A stretch of DNA of 64,000 bases, filler included, from Circinaria calcarea (taxonomy: Eukaryota): assembly GCA_051942165.1 (NCBI GenBank). It is 15 parts of 15 records of this genome, joined end to end, with 100 filler letters (N's around TTAATTAATTAA, not from the genome) between each part and the next. Parts side by side here need not be neighbours in the genome. Positions count along the whole stretch, not along the records: positions 1 to 4,186 come from JAVECS010002415.1; positions 4,287 to 8,471 come from JAVECS010002416.1; positions 8,572 to 12,753 come from JAVECS010002417.1; 12 more parts are not named here. One strand, 5' to 3'. The position numbers and the translations under genes are program-made. Numbering within the stretch: position 1 is the first letter of the stretch; each line of letters opens with the position of its first letter. Positions 1-12,853 of the stretch are shown piece by piece. Under the pieces are notes generated by a model that was not told the DNA's origin, ran no database searches, and saw only the letters and a list, made by a program, of their open reading frames with translations.

Positions 1-642
1 AGACAGGGAGAAGGACATTTGCAGCAGGGGCAGGGGCAGCTGGAAGCTCCGACCCATAGGGAGGCGAACGAGGGGTCCGCGGCTGAGCAGGAGCAGTATG
101 CGCCGAGTGAGGCTGGGCAAGGGACTACGCTTAGCTATCGCTGAATATGGGTTTCCATATGGTATGCTGCGGTATGAATCAATGCTTCTCAGCTACAGCC
201 CATGATTTGGGTCGTTGTGCTTTGTATGGAGGGCTACGTCCAGGGCCATTCAGGCCAGACGACCAACCATCAAAACAGTAACGGGTACTTAAGGTATCAA
301 TATATCGTTTTTCGTAACAGTTTTGCGGAACGCTCCGAAGCAATAACTGTATGGCTCTCACGAAACTCACTCACTGCCTAAGCGAGACGGCAAGGAAAAG
401 TTTAGGATATTTTCGGTTGAAAGATTAACCTCCTTGGCATCATGATGCGGAGAAAATCAGTTAACCCTGCATTTCGGGCATACCTTGCATAAGATAAGTC
501 AGCCTAACGATGATCGTTAAGATGGAAATGTCGCCCGGGCACTCTTTCTCCCTTGACCTCCTATATCATTGTTGCAACCAGCTATCAGCATTGTTGAGAG
601 CCATTTCGCTCAAAAGCCTTTGTCTAACTGAAGGGACGTTCA

Positions 643-2497
643 ATGGGTCTTTTGGGAAAGTTTGAGCGCAGAGCGCCTGCAACTACTACCGATCCCATCG
701 AGGAGCCTGATGGAATCACTTCCATGGTCGATACCGAGAAGGTTGCTGCAGCTATTCAAGAGGATGTCAATACTCCAGGACATCATCATGTTCATCCAGA
801 TGCTGAGAGAGCTGTCGTTCGGAAATTGGACTGGAGAATTCCTCCATTAGTTGGCGCTCTATGTAGGAGCCAAAGTCTCTGCTCGTGCTTATATCGCACT
901 CTTACTGAGACGGGGCTTCATAGACTTATTGGCCTTCCTGGATCGGTCCAATATCGGGTAGGTATTGCGCTTGCGACCCAGATCTCGAGCGTTCTCCTTT
1001 TTCCGCATACACGACTGCTAAAACATGAATAGAAATGCTAGGATTGCCGGCATGTCAGAGGACCTTCATCTGGTAGGCAATCGGTATCAATGGCTGCTGA
1101 ACGTCTTCTACATCTCCTACATTCTCTTCGAATTTCAAGCTATCATGTGGAAAGTCGTCCCGCCCCATATCTGGGCGACCTTTACCGTCCTCGGTTGGGG
1201 CTTGGTCGCAACTCTTCAATCGACCACTCAATCCTGGGCTGGAGAAATGGCTTGTCGCTTTTTCCTCGGAATTTTTGAGGCAGGTTTCGGACCGGGGATA
1301 CCGTATTTACTGTCGTTCTTTTACCTTCGACACGAGGTCGGCTTACGTATTGGCATCTTCTTATCTGCGGCCCCATTGGCGACCTGCTTTGCCGGTGCTT
1401 TAGCGTATGGTATCACCTCGGGACACTCGCATTTAGCCAACTGGCGGTTGCTTTTCCTGGTGGAGGGTCTTCCCACCATCTTGATGGCACCTGTTGCTTT
1501 CTTCTTCTTGCCTGACTCTCCGGATGAGGCACGCTTCTTGAATGCAGAAGAGAGGCTGGTAGCCAGAGCCAGGGGAGTAAGGCAAGTGGGTTCGGAGAAG
1601 CGATTAGGTGGTGTCGTTTGGAAAGACATTGGTGCTGCACTCTTAGATCCCAAGTGTTGGTTTACCGCCGTAAGTGGAACAAGACGACAGACTAGAGCTC
1701 ATCAACAACTAACCTGTATAGTTTATGTACTTTAGCTGCAATGTTAGCTTCTCGTCACTACCCGTATTCTTGCCTGTATGTTCAAGCACGACTTCCACAT
1801 CGCTCACGTGAGAGATCATTGCTAACATACTATAGACAATTCTCCGCGCCATAGGCTTCACCGCGATCAATGCACAGGGACTTACCGCTCCACCGTATTT
1901 TATAGCGTTCCTGGTCACAATACTCTCGACATACGTTGCGGACAGGATTCAGCAGCGCGGCTATATGATCATGTTCTTGTCTTGTGTTGGGGGCATTGGC
2001 TATGTTCTCCTTGCCACATGTAAATCCGTCGGTGCTCGCTACTTTGGTGTCTTCCTGGCAGCTTCAGGGGTTTTCCCCTGCATCGCCAATATTCTCCCCT
2101 GGGTACTGAGTAAGTCAAACGCCATAAGATGGCATCCGCCATATCAGCTGATTTGGGTGTTTCCCCAGACAACCAAGGATCTGATACCCGTCGAGGCGTC
2201 GGTATCGCCCTTTTGAATATGATTGGCCAGTGCGGCCCCCTATTAGGTACGAACATTTTCCCAGAGGACGATGCACCGAGATATATCAAAGGTCAATCGA
2301 TCTGTGCGGCCTTTATTTTCTTCAACGGTTTATTGGCATTTGGCCTCCGTAGGCTATTGGTGTGGGAGAACAAGAAGCTAGACAAGAAATACGCATCACA
2401 GGTTAGCCAAGGGGCGAATGGGACAGCTGATTCAGAAGGTAAAGGAAGTGCAGTTGCCGAGGAGAACTATGGCCCGCGTTATAGGTATATCCTTTGA
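643..2497 (+). CDS. MFS transporter, anion:cation symporter (Dal5/Tna1-like) family; exons ~643-862, 924-957, 1033-1669, 1722-1775, 1836-2109, 2169-2497
   Basis: Spliced translation gives VVRKLDWRIPP..YLLAFLDRSNIGNARIAG, RFFLGIFEAGFGPG, WRLLFLVEGLPT, LPDSP, AQGLTAPPY, NNQGSDTRRG; GT..AG introns keep frame. Confidence 0.93.
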
Positions 2498-3140
2498 TTT
2501 CAAATTCACTTTGACCCATCTTAGCTTGGAAGTAATCTAAATGACAATTTTTCAAATATCACCATCGGCTGAGGTTTACCTCCCTTGAAGATCTAGGAGA
2601 GAGCCACACGGTGATTTCTCATACATGAATGAATTGATCTTGACAGACGGTTCATTGCTTTCTCTGCCTAGACTGTGTAGTGACTTTAGGCATTCACTTT
2701 GTTTCAAGCCACCTCTCTGATGTATTCGGCTTTGAAGGACGATTGTAATCTGGTCTCGACTCATGAGAGGATTCACACCGAACAGTCTGTGACATCCGTT
2801 CGCCATCAACTCCCCATTCATATCAACTATGCGAGTCATACTCTCTCCTACAAAAAGGCTCATGCCTCTCCCGTGCTTCATCCATCTTCCCAAACACCAT
2901 CATCCACTCAACTACCCTAAGTCTCTACCGACTTCCCCCAAAAACCCCAATCATTGGGCTGGTCTGGTATCTTCTTCTCACCAAAGGGCTTCCTTTCCCC
3001 CTTGACTCGATACACTCCCTCATCCGTTATTCGAGAGACCTTACTCCACCCAAACTTTTCCTTTCCCCTCCTCCTCCTACCTCTCAGGTTCTGAATCAAA
3101 AAAAAAAAAGAAAAGAAAAAGAAAAACTGGGCAGGGCACC

Positions 3141-4186
3141 ATGTGCAACCAAGTCATTACCCAATACCCCCAATGCGGCCACCAAGACTCCGATACCTTC
3201 CCCTGCGACCCCCTCCTCGACACCGGAACCTGCCCCGGCCCCACCACCACCCCTAAGATTCTGACCCGGGACGAGAATACCCCCTGCCACGCCTGCGCCG
3301 AGACCCAGCACCTCAAAGCCGCGCTCCTCCGCATCGAGCAGGACGCCTCCCTCGCGCCCGTTTCCTCCCGCTCCCGCATCCGCTCCAACCACGGCAACGA
3401 CAACGGCAACGGCCCCAACACCGCACAGCCGACAACACACTACCTGCAAACGCGCGAGTTCTTCCCCCGCTGCGGTCACGGCGCGCGCTACCAGTGGACC
3501 GACTTCGAGGCCGACGACCCCCGGCACCGGTACATGGACACGGAGATCCCCTTCCTCGTCTGCTACGGCTGCGAGTCGGCGGGGCTCGAGGCCGTCGCGG
3601 CCTTGCAGGCGAGGGGTCGGTGGGAGGGCAATGATGATCCGTGGGGGGAGAAGGCCAAGGTGGCGGGTGGAGTTGGGGGGTCCGGGACGGCTGCTGGTGC
3701 TGGTGCTGGGACTGATGCTGGTGTTTCGGCTCCTGTGCCTGCGCCGGTTTATGCGCCTCCTACTCCTGCTCCGTCGGGTCCGGTCTCAGGCCCGGACCCG
3801 GCAGACGACGATGACCTCTACGGCTCCTCGGCCCAACGAAGTTTCTACCACGACGACGACGACGACGACGACGCTTCAGGTTCAGGTTCGGGATCGGAAG
3901 AAGGGGACGGGGAGTACGATACCAGCGCCGCCAAGAACAAAGGGGTCCGTGGCCGTCCCGCTCGCTACCCCTCCCCTCGTCGTCGTAGTCGTCGTCGTCG
4001 TCGTCATCGTCGTGACGAGCGAGCTGGATATTCCTCCGACGAAGAAGATGACGAAGACGACGACGACGACGATCGTAACCGCAACTGTCGAGGTGGCAAT
4101 CGCCACAGCCATGATCTCATGCCCGCTCCCCTCCGCACTCACCGTTCCCCATCCCCATCTTTATCCCCAGCCCCACCAGCTTTTGC
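3141..4186 (+). CDS. Hypothetical protein with two Cys/His (CGH..CxxC) modules and a low-complexity acidic/Arg-rich tail; 3'-truncated
   Basis: GC3-rich open frame from ATG to contig end: MCNQVITQYPQCGH..PCHAC and FFPRCGH..LVCYGC. Confidence 0.6.
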
Positions 4187-4286
4187 NNNNNNNNNNNNNN
4201 NNNNNNNNNNNNNNNNNNNNNNNNNNNNNNTTAATTAATTAANNNNNNNNNNNNNNNNNNNNNNNNNNNNNNNNNNNNNNNNNNNN
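4187..4286. other. Artificial 100-nt contig linker (44 N + TTAATTAATTAA + 44 N); same linker at 8472, 12754, 17031, 21307, 25583, 29857, 34128, 38399, 42669, 46939, 51208, 55477, 59745
   Basis: Identical six-frame-stop linker 14 times; intervening contig lengths never increase (4185, 4182, 4177, 4176, 4176, 4174, 4171, 4171, 4170, 4170, 4169, 4169, 4168). Confidence 0.99.
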
Positions 4287-4685
<399 letters not shown>

Positions 4686-5335
4686 CTCGACGGTGACGAA
4701 GGGAATATGCAGCCTGGGTGGAACGGTCTAGAAAGAACGAAAGTAAAGAAGAGGGACGATGAGCCAGAAGAAGCAGCTAGTTGGAGCTTGGGGAGGTATA
4801 TAAAGAAGGACAGCGCAATCACACGTGCTGTCATTACCCTCCGGCGGATACCGTCTTACCTGTTGACTTTGTGCATTTGGACCTCGGCTTGTGATCACTC
4901 ACTCAGCCTTAAAGCAAAGGCTAACGCTCACTTCCGGCCCTTGCAAAAGCTTATTTCTAGCCTCTGCGTATCTTCAAGGGTCGGGCCGATGAGATCATGA
5001 GATCCGCTACTTTGATCCCCCACGCTCGCTTAGACTGTAAACGCTATAATTGTTTCTCAACTTCCCTTTTGACAAGTCCGCTGGTGCTCCCGAAGCCTCT
5101 AAAGCTCTACCCAACGGTTGTGTCACCATGGACATTGAATGGGATGTTGATTTCCAGAAGCGGCTATCTTAACAGCTTCGACGAAGCTTAGAAAGACGAA
5201 TAGTGCTCTATCGGGATAGCTCCCATTTCCAGGGGTGTCCAGCTATACAGCTAAAGAACTGCTTTACATGAAGCCCACTGCCTTAATTAGAATGTCTTTC
5301 CACTTTTTTGCTCTGGTTCTTAGAAGTCCTTCTCA

Positions 5336-7765
5336 ATGCATCTCTTACTCTCTATTGCTCTCCCATCGTTGATGGTCTTCGTCATTGCGGTTCCCTTTCC
5401 TGCATCTCATACTTTCCATGAGAAGCGCGACTTTCCTCCTTCCCAATTGATGAAGCGGTCGCGGACCACTCCTGACACAATCCTACCAGTTCGTATTGGC
5501 TTGACTTAGAGTAATCTTGACAGAGGCCGTGACTATCTCACGGATGTGTGGGTGGCTCCAATGCTTCAAATCTCTCAGTTTCTCGTTCCAGCGGCCTCCA
5601 GCTATTATAGTGGTTAGAATAAAGATGAACCGATGCTCTGTATCTATTGCTATATACTAATCAACTGACACATTACTATGTAGCGCCCATCCGGACTCGC
5701 CAAATTATGCCAAATGTTGAACAATTGAAGCTGTCACCAAAGTGTCCGCCCCATTAAACGAGACGGTTGACATCGTTCGAGATTGGCTGACAGCCTCCGG
5801 AATCGTGTGCATGATAGATTTTACAACCGACCTCTGGACTTTGATATGGACCGACCTTCAAACGCTAGTCACTACGTTCCAAAATATATCTAAGAGCACG
5901 TCGATTATATCACGCCTAGTATTAATTTTCATGCCTTGGTGAAGTGAGACTATATGAAGCGTGGCTTTGGTATGACTAAAGGAGGTTGGAGCACCTACGC
6001 CTCCTAAACATAGGCGACCCTCAAGCCCATCAAGCTCCTAGATGAGTTAGCATCCTATGATGTCCCTACTACTCCAACATGCATCACGTTTTTATACTAA
6101 GTGTCGCCCAATCTCAGGAAGGCCAACCCAACCGATTCCCTTGGTATCTTTGAACAAGGGATTACTATGCCCAAGAAGACCTTGACCTGTTCTTTGAAAA
6201 CTTCACCCAGTAAATTCCTCCAGGCACGCATCCTATTCCGGCATTCATCGACGGCGTAGAGGTACCTATACCTATGGCAGATGCTAACGGGAAAAGTAAT
6301 CTAGATTTCGACCTAGCTTATCCTCTTATATACACAGACTATTACATTATACCAGACTGACGATATTTTCTATGCTACAAACCCCAATTCAACCTCAAAA
6401 AGCGGATTTAATACCTTTTGGGACGCACTTGATGGCGTACATCCTCCCCTCTTCCTGATATTCCAAGGATTTGAGGATGTTGATAGTCTTACTGCACATA
6501 CTCAGCATTTGGCAAAACAGGAGATGACCCGGTCCTTGATCCAATCCACCCTGATCCCAATCCCGCTGAATATAAGGTACCATTACAATGCGTTGTCTAT
6601 AAGCCTACTAACGTTATTTCTGTCTCGTATGGCGATCAAGAGTTCGACATTCCTGTATACTGTCAAGAACGACAGTGTAACGAGTAAGAGTGCCATTAGG
6701 CTATCTGGGCCTCAAACCAAAGCATCTACTTTATCAATTGATTATTTAGATTTTTAAAACTCGGTCTCCAAGGCCATCCAATTTTCTATGCTTCCGAAGA
6801 CGACGGCGTTGCAGGACCATCAGGAGATGGTAGGGTAAACGGATGCCTAGGCCTAGATGACAAGATCTTTAGTCCCGCATGGCCCAACTACGTGGACAAT
6901 ACTGTTATTAAACTGACCTTGTCATATCAGGTGTCTCTGACTTCCTTGCTTAGCTGCCCCTATCTAACTACTGTTGGCGCCACCAAAGCTACCCTGGAAG
7001 AACCGTCTTTAAACCCGAAAGCGCAGTCGTCGACCCCCGCTGGCTAACTATACCGCATCGTATTCTCCTCTGGTGGCTACTTCTCTAATATTCATCCCAT
7101 CGAAAGCTACCAGGCAAGCGCCGTTGCCAGCTCTCTCCAAGCCACAAACCTTCCTTAGCCCTACTGCAGCGGTAATGCCAGCTTCGGCGCAAACAGGGGT
7201 ATCTACAATCGCATCGGTCATGGCTATCCCGATGTTACCGTCACCGGTAATAACATAGCTGTCTATAACGAAGCAGATTTCGGGCTCAGTGGTGGTACTA
7301 GCGCAAGCAAGCTTTCTTGAGTAGTCGCATCGAATTCCGAACGCCATCATGTTCCTTTGATAAAATGATTCATGTTGTCTCCCTTTGATGACGACCTCAG
7401 CAATCATCATACTAGTAATTTCATTCTCACAATCTTTTCCTACCTCACCAGCAACCAGGCTATCCCAACACATTCACTCCTTCCACCCATCCAACCCCTT
7501 CAAAGGCCCCATTAACTCTTTATAGGCACCCTCATATTCGCTTCCATAACTACCCGCATCAACGAAGAACGCCTCGCTCTCGGCAGAATGCCTATCGGCT
7601 TTGTGAACCCCGTCCTCTACGTGAACCCATACAATCTCAATGATATCACTAATGATAGTAATCCAGGGTGTGGGGTTCCAGGCTGTGAAGGAATGGGATC
7701 CTGTCGCAGGGCTAGGGACACCAAACTTTCCGAGGATGCTGGCGTCGTGGTTGGGGTTACCCTAG
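5336..7765 (+). pseudogene. Aorsin / tripeptidyl-peptidase (S53 sedolisin) pseudogene
   Basis: Signal peptide, HEKR, LPVRIGLT*SNLD (TAG 5507), HPDSPNYAKC*, YI*EHVDYITP, SLGIFEQGDYYAQEDLDLFF, GKSNLDF (catalytic Glu to Lys at 6292), KPTNVISVSYG, CPYLTTVGAT, GYPDV, GGTSAS, WDPVAGLGTPNFP; several stops and frameshifts. Confidence 0.9.
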
Positions 7766-8173
7766 AGGAGAGGAAGCAGACAGGTGGGAAGTATTAGGTA
7801 TACAAGCCAATTGGGAGATGGATTTCCCTTTCCGCGGTGATGTGAATGTAGATACAAGTAAGCGGATAGATTATGTATATCTGGATGGTTGGGGGATAAG
7901 GCATTATCCTCGGACGTATTGGCATCTGCTGGTTTGATTCCTCTGAAAGGTGGACAAATATAACGAAATTTCCAACTCAGTATACTAGGCTGACATGACA
8001 TTTAGAAGTAAACTTTGCGCTGCCGACCTGGTGGTTGTATTGCTTTGACTTGCCTATGAGGGACCTCTAATTCGTTCCACACGGGTAATGGAGGTTTGAA
8101 GTGTCAGATCTTGTTAGATCTTGTATGATTTGAAAGGAGTTTTTATACTGAAAAACTGCCATAAAGTAAATGA

Positions 8174-8471
8174 TCACCTCCTCCCCTTCTTCTTACCAGA
8201 ATTAGCTCCCTTTCCTTTCCCACCCCCCGCATCTCCACCTCGCAGGAGACTTCTGGTGCGCATGTAATTGTCGACGATGCCTTGGAGATTACCGCGGTCA
8301 TGCTTGGGTTTCCTTTGTAGTGATGACATTAGCATCCATAATCCTTTTAGTTCCTCCCCTCCTCAGAATCACATACCTGAAATAATACGCCCTGGCCCTC
8401 CTCACCCTCTTGGCTGCCCTCTGCACAACCTCCACCCCCGAAACATTCGGGCTATAAATCTTCACCCACAT
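8174..8471 (-). CDS. IMG1: Mitochondrial ribosomal protein bL19m (Img1-like), C-terminal part, one intron, 5'-truncated
   Basis: MWVKIYSPNVSGVEVVQRAAKRVRRARAYYFR|KPKHDRGNLQGIVDNY..KKKGRR*; L19 YSP..RRARxYY signature. Confidence 0.85.
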
Positions 8472-8591
8472 NNNNNNNNNNNNNNNNNNNNNNNNNNNNN
8501 NNNNNNNNNNNNNNNTTAATTAATTAANNNNNNNNNNNNNNNNNNNNNNNNNNNNNNNNNNNNNNNNNNNNCGGAAGGTTGACGGCTGCAG

Positions 8592-10422
8592 TATACGTTC
8601 CTACAGATCAAAGCTAGATGAATGGGGCTGCCGGAGACGTGACTCCAAGACGCCAACAAAGGCATCACGAAAACGCAAGGTCGTCTGCAACAATGTCGAC
8701 AGCTTGGCGACACCATCCGACGGTCACGATACGATCGAGGTCGCAACACAATGGACGGCTCCTATCTCCAAAGTTATGGAGCCTTGCCCTAACCGAGGCG
8801 CTGATGTGAGTGGAATCCGAAAAGGAGTTGATGTTCCAAAGACAGGGGAAACATACGAAGGTGATGTCTGCGGAGACGGCTTAGAACTAGAAGCACGAAC
8901 AAGTTTACCTATATTCGGGGTTGGGAAAACGTCCGTCAACATCCAAGACTCTCCTGGCCGAAGATCTTTGCATATCGAAGCAAAACACAACTCTTCTGCG
9001 GATGTATCTCCAATATTAGCAATAACATCAGAGAAAACCTCAACTGCCAAAATGCAAGATAATAATGGAGAGCGGCGTCTTCGAATGGCATCGTACTCTG
9101 GAAAACCGAGTTGCCCCACCATTCCACTCCTGGTGAGATCTGGAAGCGAGATCGAGCGGGCCAACAAACATAGCATGAAAGCTTTTAATTCCATGTTTTG
9201 TATGCTACCTGAGCAGCCGACGTCTGATCGGCATTTCCCTCCACCTGGAGATGTAGAGAAGGACGTGGGCTTTTCCCCGCCTCATAAAGCAAAAGTAATA
9301 GACCCGAGCAGGTCAATAATCAATCATCCTGTGTCCATCTCAAACTTAGCAAGAGGCACCGATCCGATAGGCGGACTCCAAACTGCAGAATATCTCCTGG
9401 AACAGTATTTGGCTGAGATTCACGGAAAGCATGCAGAAGATCCGTGCTGGAAAATTGCGAAGATTCTATGCCAACATGTTGATGTTGACCGAGTTGGACC
9501 GTCGGGAAATTACCCGTTACACTCGGTTGTTTACAATGTTCAGCACCACGCGCACGCCGAGCTTGTCCAGATGCTTTTACTGTCCAACGCAGATCCCAGG
9601 ATGCTAAACTCACTGGGCGAATCAGCATTACTGGTTCTAGTGACCTCGGGTACTGCAGCGTCCGAGGTTGTGCCCATCACTGCACATCTTCTAAAAGCTG
9701 GACTGGATTCTATCGAGATTCAACGGGTTTTCTTCGCCGCCTTAGGTCGCTACGATGGCGACACGCGTCAGCAGTTGATCAGGCTTATACTTCAGGCAGA
9801 ATTCAGCTCCGACCGAGCCAGCTCGCTCATCGCAGAATCGACTTCTGAGGCTCAACGCATTGGCGACGGTGAAGATAGAGTTAATTGGGAAGCTAGCTGG
9901 TGGAAACGTTGGCACTCTGCATGTGCAGTAGATGGAAACTGGGCTCGTGCGAAGGAGGACATGCTTGTTGGGTTTACATACCTACCTTTGGAGATACGAG
10001 GAGCTGTCAGCAAAAGCGCAATGGAAGTGGTTGCCCAAATATATATGGACCAGGCAAAGGAAGATCTTGCAAGCTTTAAAGAACGCGACGGCGAATCGGC
10101 TGAAGAGGAATGCGGAGCGCACTGCGATTACATGTTTCAGCTGATTCGAGACTTTCGAAACGACGGCATATTTCCATCGGATACTTTCTTCGAGGAGCTC
10201 TTAGATGTCTATCAAACGCATCCAAACACACTCAACAAGAGACCAAAGTTATACTTGAGAACGCTAAAGTTAAGCTCAGCAGGGGCGGAAGTAGCTGCAG
10301 ACGGGCGCCAGGAGACTGTCAATTGGATCGACCAATCCTCATCACAGTCACTTAGCGCGAGCCTAGGAGATACTATTCGTACAATGTATGGAGTCCCAAT
10401 ACCTGGAGTAAGGGAAGATTAG
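8592..10422 (+). CDS. Probable Clr5-domain / ankyrin-repeat protein, last exon, 5'-truncated
   Basis: Frame open from an acceptor-like CAG at 8591: IRSYRSKLDEWGCRR resembles the end of a Clr5 domain; VDRVGPSGNYPLHSVV..LVQMLLLSNADPRMLNSLGESAL is ankyrin-like. Confidence 0.6.
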
Positions 10423-10816
10423 GTTTTGCGTCTACAAGGACACGAGGATGGCGGTCTCGAAAATAGGAAGGCTGAGATGCTAAGGAAACTTAAATTTGAG
10501 GCTTAATGAAACTGTCGAGATTACTTGTAGCAACTATATAGTACCTATTATGAAGCAATTCTACCAGCTACACCCTTACGAATGTTCTTTGAAGATTAGG
10601 GCTTGCTATATTGGCCGCGTAGTCGACCGTAGCCATGAAGTAGGTCACCGTACATTCCTCTCGACGCCAACGGATACCCGTAAATTGTTTTGATTCCTGC
10701 CACGTTTATCACAATTCCATGTGGCACTTGATTTGTACCATCACCCTACTCATCGATCATCACCTTCTCCATGCGTCTGCTGATTTTACGACTCCCTAAC
10801 TACTCAGTTCATAACA

Positions 10817-11872
10817 ATGGCTTCTCTCCCCACAACCCCGACAACTCCCTCAACCCCTCGTACCCCACGAACCCCCGGCTTCAACACCAAGTCCCCAACC
10901 ATCAAGCGCATCCTACAAGAATCCCGGGAATTATCCCTATCGCCCGATCCCACGCTCCACGCCTCTCCACTCGACGACAACCTCTTCGAATGGCATTTCA
11001 CATTAGCCGGTCCACCGGCTACCCCTTATGCCAATGGAATCTACCACGGCCGTATAATATTACCACCTACTTACCCTTTGCGACCACCTAGTTTCCGGTT
11101 CTTGACACCCAGTGGACGCTTTGAGGTCAACAGAGAGATCTGTCTCAGCATAAGCGGTCATCATGAAGAAAGCTGGCAGCCCGCCTGGGGTATAAGAACT
11201 GCGCTATGCGCTATCCGGGCATTCATGGCGGGAGAAGCAAAAGGACAAGTGGGGGGTTTAGAAATGGGCGAAGCGCCGCGAAAGAGAATTGCAAGCGAAA
11301 GTCGAACGTGGCGGTGTACGGGATGCTGGGGAAAGACGAATGAGGAGGTACTGAAAGAAGTGCAGGATTTATGTGATGAGAAAGGAGAGGGGGAGAGGAA
11401 GGAGGAGATGGTACCGGAGGAGCTGAGATTAGCGTATCGAGAGGAGATGGAGAGTAGACCCGGTACACCGCGGACTCCAGGAACGCCGGGGGTAGACTCG
11501 TCTATGGGTGGTCGAAACGGGCCTTCATTACCGCCATCGTCAATACCTGCTCTAGGAAGAACATCGAGATCGAAACCACCTCCATCACCACTACGGGCAA
11601 CCGCCTCTTCATCTACCTCTTCTTCAACTTCCGTTAGCGAAGCTAGAACCCCATTACACCCTGCACCTCCCACATCACGTCTCGCCGACAGCACGTCCTC
11701 GGTGCAAACCCCGACTCCTGCCACCCCGAATGTTGTTCCTCCCACACCTACTCAGGTTCAAGTGCCAACGGTAGTCACAGCCGCCGAGCCTGTTCCGGCA
11801 TGGGTCGACAAAGCGATTGTAGGGGTGGTATTGGGTTTGGCGGTTATGCTTTTGAAGAAGATGTACATTTAG
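10817..11872 (+). CDS. Tail-anchored ubiquitin-conjugating enzyme E2, UBE2J1/Ubc6 class
   Basis: DNLFEWHFT..GIYHGRIILPPTYPLRPP..TPSGRFEVNREICLSISGHHEESWQPAWGIRT; C-terminal hydrophobic anchor. Confidence 0.93.
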   Translation: MASLPTTPTTPSTPRTPRTPGFNTKSPTIKRILQESRELSLSPDPTLHASPLDDNLFEWHFTLAGPPATPYANGIYHGRIILPPTYPLRPPSFRFLTPSGRFEVNREICLSISGHHEESWQPAWGIRTALCAIRAFMAGEAKGQVGGLEMGEAPRKRIASESRTWRCTGCWGKTNEEVLKEVQDLCDEKGEGERKEEMVPEELRLAYREEMESRPGTPRTPGTPGVDSSMGGRNGPSLPPSSIPALGRTSRSKPPPSPLRATASSSTSSSTSVSEARTPLHPAPPTSRLADSTSSVQTPTPATPNVVPPTPTQVQVPTVVTAAEPVPAWVDKAIVGVVLGLAVMLLKKMYI

Positions 11873-12853
11873 CGCCCCCTTTTACGATCGGGATCCATTC
11901 AGAAAGTCTACGGTTTACAGATTCTGTGCCTGTAAAAAGGAAGTTAATCAGAGCTTCGGAATATAGAAAAGTTCCATGCATCTGCGTTCTAGGAGCACAA
12001 ACGAAAGCGTGAAACCTAGTATACGGATAAGATGCAAGCACCTCATTCATTCCCTGATAGATTTTTCAAAATATACATCTACCCCTACTCCCTACCCCTC
12101 TCCCAATACCGAAAACTTCCTCTCTAGAAATTTAATAAAAACCGGCACTTACACTCGCTGCTTCTCGCTATCAGAATGTAAAGTGGAAAGCCGGCTGATT
12201 CCATGCAAAAATCAGCACATCCTACACCAGATCGTTTCCCGCCGGTTTTTTCTTTTCTTTGAAACCTCCATGGTAATTCTTTCGTTCGCTGCTCCGCTTT
12301 CAAACAAAAGTGGGCAAAGCTACAACGGAACGGGAGTCATGAGTTATCATAAATATAGGGGCCCCAAGCGCCTTATATTTAATTCCGAGAGCTTCTAATT
12401 TATTTAATGCTCAGGCGCAACGTTTGACCGAAGAAGGGGGGGTTTTTTTTAATTTTTTATTCTTGTAGATCCCCCCTACTCCGTAATTCCCGGCGAGAGC
12501 GAGTATTTACACGCAAAATCCCCCCCCCCAACTTGGGGACATTTTGTGTTTTTTCTCTCTTTCTCTCCGCCCGTCTGGTGCTTTTTGCACTTGGGAAAAT
12601 GTAATAAAGTATAGCTATGGTTACTTTTTGTTGGAAGTGGAAGTGGAAGTGGAATCGGAACAGTCATTGGAATCAAGAGGTTAGAATACGCGAAAAACCG
12701 ATCGGGTGGCGACGAGGTGCGCGGGTTGTGGCCTTGGTGGTGAGGGAGGGGGGNNNNNNNNNNNNNNNNNNNNNNNNNNNNNNNNNNNNNNNNNNNNTTA
12801 ATTAATTAANNNNNNNNNNNNNNNNNNNNNNNNNNNNNNNNNNNNNNNNNNNN

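Noticed and set aside
1..144. Possible 3' end of a CDS (RQGEGHLQQGQ..LSYR*)
   Set aside because: Short, low complexity, no recognisable motif.
4231..4242. Recurrent TTAATTAATTAA palindrome at ~4.27 kb spacing
   Set aside because: Synthetic six-frame stop linker inside N runs.
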